This document shows positions 44,202-52,605 of a DNA stretch of 54,565 nt, one piece after another; within the stretch, counting starts at the first letter, position 1; each line of letters opens with the position of its first letter. A program made the position numbers and the translations under genes. The stretch is from assembly GCA_947165815.1 (NCBI GenBank), contig CAMVBZ010000002.1, positions 1 through 54,565 on the forward strand, read 5' to 3'. Source of the DNA: an uncultured Clostridia bacterium. Lineage in GTDB: Bacteria > Bacillota > Clostridia > Christensenellales > CAG-917. The notes under the pieces are model-generated. The model made no database searches, had not been told where the DNA came from, and saw nothing but the letters and a program-made list of their open reading frames with translations.

Positions 44202-45965
44202 TCATTTTCCTCCTTTTGGTTTAAATACCAAGTTCATTGCATCGATGGATTTCTTTTTAACTACTAAAGTGTTATATATTTCTTCTTCTTTAGTGTTTGT
44301 CATAACTAAATCAATAACATATTTTGTACAAGCAGTACCATCTACTGGTGTCATTCTGGCTTCTGCTTGTTCATTAAATCCTTGAGCAAAATCTCTATCT
44401 AAAAAGATAGTTGCTTGAGCCATAGGTAATGTTAGTGATTCTTTACCTGTATCAAATTGAAGTACCATTACTTTACAATCTGATTCAGATTCAAATTTTT
44501 CAAGTTGTGCTTTACGTTCTGTATTACTATAACTGCCTAAAAGACTGGCATATCCTACACTATAATACGTAAGCACTTTCATAAGATGTTTTAAAATTTG
44601 TGCTTTTTTGCAAGCTACAATAAACTTAATGTTGTTTTTCTTTGCAAACGCTACAATCCACTTTATCTTCGGGCTTAGGTGGTCATAAGTCGCAACAAGC
44701 ACCGAAGGATCAATGCATATTTGTTGCAAGCGTACAAGTTGTACTAACTTATTTTGGCAATCAATATCTTCATCGTACTCCATAGTATCATAGACTGAAG
44801 TGTAGATTTTTTCTTGTTCTTCATCCATTTGTAAATCAATCTTTACATACTCTTTTTTGTAGTACTTGAAGAAATCAAGTTCTTTTTGTTTTGTTTGGAC
44901 ACTACATGTTTGAATAATGTAGTTTATTTCGTGTTCACGTCTTAACGCTTTGGCAATCTTTCCAAATGACGTGTCTTCACAATAATAAAAATATTCTTTA
45001 AAACAATTAAAACTTTCATAATAAGGCCTAAATTGAATTTTAGAATCATTCATTAAACATAAAGTACCAAACACGTCAGTTTCTTCTTTGACGGATATTG
45101 TACCTGTTAAACCTATAATGCCTAAATCAACATTATCTTTTTCACAAAACTCTTTGAAAGCAAAAATTGCTTTACTTTGGTCAGTTTTAAAATTTCTTAA
45201 TCTATGAATTTCATCACCGATTAACATAATGTGTTTGTTTTTTGAGGTTAATTGTTTCAGTTGCTGAATAGTTAATCTCTTAAACAAATCATACGAAATG
45301 ATACGTACATTTATGGAATCAGTAGTGCATTCAAGCTTTTTTAAACATGTAATATTGTTAATTAAAGTTGCCGTAAAATCTTTACGGACACTATTTAGTT
45401 TATCAATTTCTGACATCCAGCCTAATTGAGCAGCTTTTGGACATACGATTAAGGCGACATCTCCGCCATGCATCATTTCTCCACACGCTGCAAGGGCTAC
45501 ACGGGTTTTACCTGTTCTAGGATCTGACAGAATTAAACCTCTATTATTTAAGGATTTATATTTAATAAGAAATTGTAATAAATCAAATGCCTGATAGTCC
45601 CTAAGCTGATACTTTAAGGTCATAGACACAACGTCCCTAGCGGTAATACGTGCTAACGCTCCTTTTAAAGTACAAAACTCTATACGAATTTGTTCTTTCA
45701 AGCGTTCTAGTATTTCTTGCCAATCCTTTATATATTCTGGATTTTCTTTTAAGTAAGCTAAAACTGCTTTCTCAAAGTCTAAACACCAGTACATGTTTCC
45801 ACAGGGATAACGAAGCATCACTGTTAATGTACTGGCGTATTCTTCTTTGTAAAATGAGATACTATAGAAATCAAATTCTTTTATAAGCTTTTTTACTTTG
45901 GAGTCTGTTAGCAAGTATGTTTGAAATGGAAGGTTATCTTTAATTTCTAACGTACTTAATAACAT
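44202..45965 (-). CDS. SNF2/DEAD-like superfamily 2 helicase
   Basis: Motif I LSDPRTGKT, motif II LIGDEIHRLRN, C-terminal helicase lobe with QAEARM. Confidence 0.8.
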   Translation of the reverse strand: MLLSTLEIKDNLPFQTYLLTDSKVKKLIKEFDFYSISFYKEEYASTLTVMLRYPCGNMYWCLDFEKAVLAYLKENPEYIKDWQEILERLKEQIRIEFCTLKGALARITARDVVSMTLKYQLRDYQAFDLLQFLIKYKSLNNRGLILSDPRTGKTRVALAACGEMMHGGDVALIVCPKAAQLGWMSEIDKLNSVRKDFTATLINNITCLKKLECTTDSINVRIISYDLFKRLTIQQLKQLTSKNKHIMLIGDEIHRLRNFKTDQSKAIFAFKEFCEKDNVDLGIIGLTGTISVKEETDVFGTLCLMNDSKIQFRPYYESFNCFKEYFYYCEDTSFGKIAKALRREHEINYIIQTCSVQTKQKELDFFKYYKKEYVKIDLQMDEEQEKIYTSVYDTMEYDEDIDCQNKLVQLVRLQQICIDPSVLVATYDHLSPKIKWIVAFAKKNNIKFIVACKKAQILKHLMKVLTYYSVGYASLLGSYSNTERKAQLEKFESESDCKVMVLQFDTGKESLTLPMAQATIFLDRDFAQGFNEQAEARMTPVDGTACTKYVIDLVMTNTKEEEIYNTLVVKKKSIDAMNLVFKPKGGK

Positions 45966-46349
45966 CTAACTATCTCCTTTATAAAATAAACTTTCTGGCA
46001 TCACAATAATTGTAGGTTTAACTTCTGTGTCAGAATTAATAATTTCTGTTCTAGCTTTTAACAAGTTAACAGATTCTTTATCACGTAAGCCACCTGCAAG
46101 AGCTTTATCGGTTTCTGTACTTGCTACAAGATTAACTTGTTTTGCTTTCCAGTTTGCAAAAGCTTGATGTTGTAAGAATTTTACCCAATCTTCATAGGTT
46201 GTACCCCTATACTTATTGGCCAAATCAAATTGATTTAAGTAAAAGTTTTCGGGAAGTTCGCTTACGTACGAAGAAAACATATTTTCAAACTTAGTCTTTT
46301 CTGTAGCATTTACAAACTTCATTGTTGCGAACAATTCTTCAAAAGACAT
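45966..46349 (-). CDS. Hypothetical protein (127 aa)
   Basis: ORF track. Its stop abuts the SNF2 start. Confidence 0.7.
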   Translation of the reverse strand: MSFEELFATMKFVNATEKTKFENMFSSYVSELPENFYLNQFDLANKYRGTTYEDWVKFLQHQAFANWKAKQVNLVASTETDKALAGGLRDKESVNLLKARTEIINSDTEVKPTIIVMPESLFYKGDS

Positions 46350-46351
46350 GA

Positions 46352-46894
46352 TTATTCCTCCACGGGCTTTATAACGCCTAAACTGAATAAAACGTCTACA
46401 AGTTTAGCGATGTCTACTTCATAAGTTCCACGAGATTTTAATTCTTTATCAATTAAATCCATAAGATCTGGAGTTCCTTTAATAGCATCTTCTTCTACAC
46501 TTGCAACCCACATTCTGTCTATTGCATTATAGCAATCCTTTAGAAGTTTTACCACATTTAATAGGCACTCTGGATTTTTAGAGATACTTTCATTAAGTCC
46601 AAATTCATATTCAGAACGTATTCCAGGGATAATCATAACTGGAGATACTTTAATTTTAAAAGCTAGTCTATCATAGTTAAGAGGATCTGCACCACCCATT
46701 GCGGTGATAACATTACAGAAGATCTTACAATATTTAGATATTTTTCTTATCTCATCCATGAGCTCTAGATGATGACTAAGGTCTTTTGTTTTTAAAGATA
46801 AAAAACCTATACTTCTATGAATATTTGGAAAACCTGGATATGGAAATTCCACTAAACCAGGTCTATAAAATAGGGTGTCCGTTGTCGCCATCAT
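46352..46894 (-). CDS. Hypothetical protein (180 aa)
   Basis: Start moved to ATG 46894 (MMATTDTLFY...), which has AAGGAGGG 5 nt upstream. The track start at 46927 has no RBS. Confidence 0.7.
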   Translation of the reverse strand: MMATTDTLFYRPGLVEFPYPGFPNIHRSIGFLSLKTKDLSHHLELMDEIRKISKYCKIFCNVITAMGGADPLNYDRLAFKIKVSPVMIIPGIRSEYEFGLNESISKNPECLLNVVKLLKDCYNAIDRMWVASVEEDAIKGTPDLMDLIDKELKSRGTYEVDIAKLVDVLFSLGVIKPVEE

Positions 46895-47480
46895 CTGTGC
46901 CCTCCTTATTAAATGGGTTTTCTGCATTTGATTTGTTATGTTCTTCTAAAACTGTACCAGAAGGTACGAAAAATCCTAATGCAAGAAGAATTTCTGCTGC
47001 TTTATCAGCATTAAGTATAAAATCACCTTTTTCAAGGATAGTTTTAGCTATCGTAGATACCATTGTACTAATGTATTCCGAATATACTAAAATCTCTCCA
47101 AGTTTATGTCCGTGAATTTCTACTATATGGTCTGAATTTGTACTTATTATAGGATGTTCTATAGATTTAAGTATTGGTTGAATATTTAATTTATGATTCT
47201 CAAAAGTACCCATTGTCGTATGTAATTCACTAATAGTAGTCATTAATCGAGATTTTACTTCTGTAAGAGAATGTTCTAAATCTTTAATGTTTGTAGTATT
47301 TGTAGCAATGTCAGCTAGATGATCATTTAAACTAGATTGAATAGAAGCAAGAGCTGGTCTTAAATTTTCAGCTAACTTTGTTACAAATTTAACACAACCA
47401 TCCACAGTACCTGCAAGTTCTGTGATTTTCTTTGACATATCTTCAAGAGATAATTTTTTAGGCTTTTCTTTTTTAGGCAT
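46863..47480 (-). CDS. Coiled-coil hypothetical protein (205 aa)
   Basis: ORF track. GGAGG RBS. Basic N-terminus MPKKEKPKK. Confidence 0.7.
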   Translation of the reverse strand: MPKKEKPKKLSLEDMSKKITELAGTVDGCVKFVTKLAENLRPALASIQSSLNDHLADIATNTTNIKDLEHSLTEVKSRLMTTISELHTTMGTFENHKLNIQPILKSIEHPIISTNSDHIVEIHGHKLGEILVYSEYISTMVSTIAKTILEKGDFILNADKAAEILLALGFFVPSGTVLEEHNKSNAENPFNKEGTDDGDNGHPIL

Positions 47481-47494
47481 AATAAAAGTACCTC

Positions 47495-47932
47495 CTAAAG
47501 TTTTTCTAAATCTTCTTTAGATATATTACCTAAAACACCGCCTATGTCATAAATCGCAAAGATAAAATCACGTATACTTTTCTTATACACAACATCTAAA
47601 AGATGACGTTTTATAACTGGAGGATTTATGGTAAATTCTTCAGCATATTGTTTTTGTTTTTGCCAATAGATACCAGAAATGGCTTTTATTGGACGTACTG
47701 TTAAGCCTAACTTATTCAATAAGTAATAAGTTTCTTTTTCATCTGGACAATTTTCGTTAGCTGTTAGGATTCTTGCAGATTGAACGATTGCTCTGCTATT
47801 GATACCATAAAGGGTACAAATTGCTGTAATTGTTTGCCAGAATAATGCACTGGCTAAAATCTTTGAGTCCTTATTATTGAAATACAAGTAGAATAAGACT
47901 TCAAAAAGTCTATCTTTTTCTTCTTGATTCAT
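47495..47932 (-). CDS. Hypothetical protein (145 aa)
   Basis: ORF track. AAAGGAAA upstream. Confidence 0.7.
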   Translation of the reverse strand: MNQEEKDRLFEVLFYLYFNNKDSKILASALFWQTITAICTLYGINSRAIVQSARILTANENCPDEKETYYLLNKLGLTVRPIKAISGIYWQKQKQYAEEFTINPPVIKRHLLDVVYKKSIRDFIFAIYDIGGVLGNISKEDLEKL

Positions 47933-48086
47933 TTGTATTTCCTTTTCTTGTGATCCTTACGAATACACGATTTTTACGTGGTTCGTTAACGCATGTGCAG
48001 GGTGTTAAAAAAGAACAACCTGTTCTAGAACATTCTCCTGCGGAATAATAAGGACATGATGTGTGTTCACGCATATATTTTTTCAT
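47910..48086 (-). CDS. Micro-ORF, 58 aa, Cys-rich and basic (MKKYMREHTSCPYYSAGECSRTGCSFLTPCTCVNEPRKNRVFVRITRKGNTNESRRKR)
   Basis: Hand translation. ATG overlaps the upstream stop (ATGA). It fills the otherwise non-coding 150-bp gap. Just below the track cutoff. Confidence 0.45.
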   Translation of the reverse strand: MKKYMREHTSCPYYSAGECSRTGCSFLTPCTCVNEPRKNRVFVRITRKGNTNESRRKR

Positions 48087-48313
48087 CTGTATTTCTTTGC
48101 CTCCTTATGCAATTCATCGAAATTGTCAGAGAACTTAACGACTTTATGACAATACGTTATAATCATTTGATGTGCGTAGTGGTCATACGTAACATACCAA
48201 TGGTTACCACGTTTTTCAAAGTTTCTTAAGCTTTCATCTGGAAAGTGTGTAGCTAGGATTCTTCCATTTTCTAGCAAACAATAACGTTTAGTATAACCTG
48301 GTGCTCTTGCCAT
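48083..48313 (-). CDS. Hypothetical protein (76 aa)
   Basis: ORF track. Starts 2 nt after the vWA gene stop. Confidence 0.7.
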   Translation of the reverse strand: MARAPGYTKRYCLLENGRILATHFPDESLRNFEKRGNHWYVTYDHYAHQMIITYCHKVVKFSDNFDELHKEAKKYR

Positions 48314-48315
48314 AG

Positions 48316-50586
48316 TTAAACCTCCTTCTTTTCAAGAACATAACGTTTCAAAATAGAAACAACAATGTTCGTCATTTCCTGTAAGTTTCTGCCATTTGCG
48401 TTATCTGGGTAGTATTCTTTAATTGATTCAAAGTTAATACCTACACCGATAACGTGTATGCCATTCTTTTCCATGTGACGAACTTGTTGCTTTAATTCAT
48501 CATCTGTACATTCTGTTGGTTGTCCATCTGAGAAAATAATAACAATTTTGTCTTTATTTTTCACATGTTTCATACAACTTTCCATATAATACAGAGAAGC
48601 ACTATCGCAATTACCACAATGGGCACGTGCTTGTGCTAAAGAATATGGTTTTGATAATGTAAATGTGTTTTCTTCTTTAAATTGAAAATACTTAAAGATT
48701 TTACTTTGATGAAAACCATCGCTAGTATGTCCAATGATACTATGATTGATACTTAAAGAAGTAAGAACTTCGTGTAACATAATCATAACAATACGGCCAT
48801 TTTTAACTTTTTCACCACTCATTGAACCTGATTGGTCTAAAATACATCCAAATGCTAAATCCATTTCTTTTAACTTGTAACTATTATTACAAAAGATATG
48901 TGGATCTGTTTTGTATTTATAGAGATTTTTCTTATCTAATTTACCTGTGAGTAAGCCACCTTGCTTACCACCGGTGTTATAAGTCTTAATCTCTTTAATC
49001 TGTTTAGTAAGAACACGTGTAAGCATTTTAATATTTGAAGCGATGGTATTGTAGTCTTCTTTATTACCTGTTTCAGTTTTTACATAACTAATGTCAAAAG
49101 AATACTTAGACTTAGATTTTGCTAAATCAGATTTTAAAGCATCCATTGGAGAAAGCATTGATGGTGTTTCTTTACGTTTTTTAGTTACTTCTTTTTCACT
49201 ATCAGCAAAGCTTCCTAACGAATCATCAGCACCATCGTATGAATCAAGACTTAAATCTAAAAATTCATCATTGTCATCATAATAGTCATCATCCTCATCG
49301 TCATCAGGATCTCCACTACCCATACCAGTTCCTGGCATACAGTGCCTAATAGCACTATCTTTATCAATAAGGCCTTTACTTTTAGCCTCATTATATAAAA
49401 ACATAGCATGTTTAATTCTAGATACCTGAAAAGCATAAGAATGCATAGACATAATAAGTTTTGCAAACATAATAGGTAACGCATAAAACTCTAAATCTGA
49501 AAGAGGATTTGTATTTAATTCAGGTGCTTTTAATAATGAAGCTAATAAATTTCTAAAGTTAGTAAATCTTAATAAAGTGTCATCGTCAAAACAAGACTTA
49601 ATATTACTATTAATGACAAGTTCTCCTGACGGACTGAATGAGTATAAAAATTTACTACAGAAGCTATCTTCTTGATATGTGCTAGATAGTAAGTCAGTTA
49701 AGACTTCTACCACAGCAGGGTCATCAATTTTTGATAAATGATAAAGGATTTCTGCACCATACACAATAGCGTAACTTAATCCTATTTTATAAACATCTGC
49801 ACCTAATTCTGGGAATTTACTAAATAACATACTTTCTACAGCTTCTTTTGGAAAGGATAACGCTGGTTTATAAAATAAAACATTTATACTTCCTAACATA
49901 CTTCTGCTTTCACATGGTTCAGCATAAACTGTTGAAGTATCCATATTATTAAATTCCCAAAGAGTTTGAAGAAGTGGGCATATATTTCTAGCCAAAGCTT
50001 CTTTAGCAAAAACAATATTTTCCATATCATCCAAGCTTCTGTTATAAAACTTTGTATTCAAATAAAATAAGTTTGGAATTAAACTACTTTTTGAATAACA
50101 TTTTTCTAATAATGTAAATAAAGCTTTCAAAAATCCTTGGTTTTCTAAGGCATTAATCAACGATGGATTTGTTGTAGGTGTTGTAAATGCTGGATACCTT
50201 AAACCAAGGTCAGTTAAAAGAGCTTCTTCATTTACTCGTAAATCATCATACTTAATAAAAGTTCCACAATATCCACAGTTGTTCATTAGCATACAAAGGT
50301 TTTGTAAACCTGTTTGATCATAAGAACAAATGTTAGGAATTTTTAAATCTGGATTTAATTCCATATAATCTGTTGCATTTGTTCCACCTAAACGGGTGGC
50401 TAAATCTAATTCAGTATTATTGGACTTAACGAATACATTAAAAGCTCCTGTAAATGTGTTGTTTTTATAAAACAATGCACGATCTTTAAGAACATAGTCA
50501 TGTGGATTAGCTAAAATTTTAGCAGTGTTGTAAATTGTTTGAATTTTTGTGGTACCTAGTACTCTTTCAACTTCGCTGCTTCCCAT
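48316..50586 (-). CDS. CobT-like protein: novel N-terminal domain, polyacidic linker and C-terminal vWA domain
   Basis: MIDAS motif in LAFGCILDQSGSMSG, with a downstream IIFSDG. The linker is GDPDDDEDDDYYDDNDEF. Start set to ATG 50586, with AGGAGG 8 nt upstream (the track start is TTG). Confidence 0.8.
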   Translation of the reverse strand: MGSSEVERVLGTTKIQTIYNTAKILANPHDYVLKDRALFYKNNTFTGAFNVFVKSNNTELDLATRLGGTNATDYMELNPDLKIPNICSYDQTGLQNLCMLMNNCGYCGTFIKYDDLRVNEEALLTDLGLRYPAFTTPTTNPSLINALENQGFLKALFTLLEKCYSKSSLIPNLFYLNTKFYNRSLDDMENIVFAKEALARNICPLLQTLWEFNNMDTSTVYAEPCESRSMLGSINVLFYKPALSFPKEAVESMLFSKFPELGADVYKIGLSYAIVYGAEILYHLSKIDDPAVVEVLTDLLSSTYQEDSFCSKFLYSFSPSGELVINSNIKSCFDDDTLLRFTNFRNLLASLLKAPELNTNPLSDLEFYALPIMFAKLIMSMHSYAFQVSRIKHAMFLYNEAKSKGLIDKDSAIRHCMPGTGMGSGDPDDDEDDDYYDDNDEFLDLSLDSYDGADDSLGSFADSEKEVTKKRKETPSMLSPMDALKSDLAKSKSKYSFDISYVKTETGNKEDYNTIASNIKMLTRVLTKQIKEIKTYNTGGKQGGLLTGKLDKKNLYKYKTDPHIFCNNSYKLKEMDLAFGCILDQSGSMSGEKVKNGRIVMIMLHEVLTSLSINHSIIGHTSDGFHQSKIFKYFQFKEENTFTLSKPYSLAQARAHCGNCDSASLYYMESCMKHVKNKDKIVIIFSDGQPTECTDDELKQQVRHMEKNGIHVIGVGINFESIKEYYPDNANGRNLQEMTNIVVSILKRYVLEKKEV

Positions 50587-50598
50587 AAGCAAATCCTC

Positions 50599-52605
50599 CT
50601 AAATCTTTGCAGTTAAAGACATTGCTGACAAGACTGTTGTCATAAAATGTTCAAGATGGTCAGGTTCTTCTACAAATGCTTGATAAAGCATTAAGTTAGT
50701 AACTGCTTCTTTGATATTCTTATAGTATTTACCTTGTCTAAAGACATTAAGTAATTGTCTAATAGACACGATAATACCTAAATTTTGTTCGTCACTATAT
50801 TTCTTAACAGCTTTATACACATCATAGACTCTATTAATGACATCTGTTTTTGTGTATCCTGTTCTACTTCTAATGACTTCTTTAGCTTCTTTTTCATCTA
50901 AGTCTACGAACTTATGACAAACTTCAAAACGGTTAACTAAAGCCTTATTTAACCTATTTGTGCCTTCATAGGCAATGTTTGTAGTTGCAATAAGCTTAAA
51001 GTTTTTATGTGCTTTAACGATTTCACCGTTTGGTAAATCGATTTGATGTGCTTCGTCTAACAAAGAATTAAGCTTCATTAAGACACCTGGTCTAGCACCA
51101 CCTAATTCTTCAACAATGGCAACATAACCATAACGAACTGCTTTTGTTAATGGGCCATCCTGCCAAATAAATTCTGGATCATCTGCAGACTTCTTGGTTG
51201 GATTTGGAATCATTGTTCCAAACATATCTGATTCTTCAATGTTTGTAGAGCAGTTGATTGCAACAAATGGTAAACCACATCTACTTGCTAAAACTCTAGC
51301 TGCTGTAGATTTACCTGTACCTGAATCACCTTCAAATAACATTGAATAGACATCACCTTTTGCCATACCTCTGACTAATCCAGTTAATTCTTTTAAATCA
51401 AAAGAAGCATAATAAGGTTGTACTTGTTTATAAAGTTCTTGTGCGTATGCATCTTTAGAATAATATTCTTCAAGAGTTTCTGTAGCACCTTCAAACTTAA
51501 TAGTACTACCTATAAAGTAACCTTTATAAAGGTCTTTATTTGTGTTTTCAGAAATAGTTGGATAAAGTTCTAGCAATGCCTCAAACTCTGTAGCATCATT
51601 AGAAATAATAACTTCTGGAGATTTACTTGAAAGTAACTTATCTAAAGGAACACATTTAACTTCATACTTATCAAGCTTTGGAGAGAGTTCTGCTAAATTA
51701 GAAACAAGATTAGGAATCCATTCTAAAATCTCGAACACGTTAAACTCTCTTAAAGAATTGTTTGTATAAACAACGCCTTTAGCTTTGTCGATAAGATAAT
51801 ATTCTTTACAAGTCACGTTAATAATACAGAGAACTTGTGCAGCTCCTGTCTTAATGACATTGTAAACAAATGTAGAACCATATTTAGTAGAACTTAAATC
51901 TTTAATAAATGGTGTATACATCGAATGTGTATACTGAACACTCTTAAAGAAAATTTCTTCACTTAATGGAATACATTCCACTCTCATAGTTTCAGGAGTA
52001 TCTCCGTAGTTATAAATTAAAGATTGTAAATCTGATTCTAAGATAGTAAGTTCGCCCGTATCCTTAGTTCCTAATACAGGACATATTTTATCGAAGGTGG
52101 CTAAAAATTTAGCTAAACAATAGAAGTACATAACGACTTCTTTACAGCTAGGGCCTACGTTATTCATATATTGTAGGATTTTCCTATCTAAAAATAACGT
52201 AATATCGGCAGGGTCTGTAGCGTTCTCACGAACACCATAGCCGATACGTAAATCTGTAATGGTAATACCCATACCTTTTAAAGGTTTGAATAAGAAGTTA
52301 GTATCCCTAATGTTCTTAAAGATATAGTAATTAGCTGAATAAACGTTACTATCATTACGTAGATTACCTACTAATTTCATAGAACGGTATGCCATACCTA
52401 CGTCTTTTTTAGTAACGATAGTTCTCATAAGTTCAAATAATGGAACTACATATTTTTCATTAAACCCTGAAAAACCTTCAAATGACAAACGGGTTAAATT
52501 AGTGGCTAAACCTGAAGCGTCATTGATTCTGACAATAGGTGTCATCATTCCGACATTGCCACTTGTTTCTAAAATAAGGTCTTTTTTCTCAATATCAATA
52601 AGCAT
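50599..52605 (-). CDS. AAA_5 (CobS/MoxR/dynein-related) ATPase with a ~400-aa uncharacterised N-terminal region
   Basis: Walker A GDSGTGKST, Walker B region YVAIVEELGGARPGV, then NFKLIATTN...LNKALVNRF. The pattern parallels CobS. Confidence 0.8.
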   Translation of the reverse strand: MLIDIEKKDLILETSGNVGMMTPIVRINDASGLATNLTRLSFEGFSGFNEKYVVPLFELMRTIVTKKDVGMAYRSMKLVGNLRNDSNVYSANYYIFKNIRDTNFLFKPLKGMGITITDLRIGYGVRENATDPADITLFLDRKILQYMNNVGPSCKEVVMYFYCLAKFLATFDKICPVLGTKDTGELTILESDLQSLIYNYGDTPETMRVECIPLSEEIFFKSVQYTHSMYTPFIKDLSSTKYGSTFVYNVIKTGAAQVLCIINVTCKEYYLIDKAKGVVYTNNSLREFNVFEILEWIPNLVSNLAELSPKLDKYEVKCVPLDKLLSSKSPEVIISNDATEFEALLELYPTISENTNKDLYKGYFIGSTIKFEGATETLEEYYSKDAYAQELYKQVQPYYASFDLKELTGLVRGMAKGDVYSMLFEGDSGTGKSTAARVLASRCGLPFVAINCSTNIEESDMFGTMIPNPTKKSADDPEFIWQDGPLTKAVRYGYVAIVEELGGARPGVLMKLNSLLDEAHQIDLPNGEIVKAHKNFKLIATTNIAYEGTNRLNKALVNRFEVCHKFVDLDEKEAKEVIRSRTGYTKTDVINRVYDVYKAVKKYSDEQNLGIIVSIRQLLNVFRQGKYYKNIKEAVTNLMLYQAFVEEPDHLEHFMTTVLSAMSLTAKI

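Noticed and set aside
46895-46927. Upstream start (46927) for the 46352 ORF and TTG/GTG starts at 6862, 8595, 15045, 19623, 22855, 50592, 1557, 1375 and 37003
   Set aside because: In each case a downstream ATG with a well-spaced AGGAG-type RBS, or an ATGA coupling overlap, gives a better model. The longer versions overlap the preceding gene or regulatory elements.
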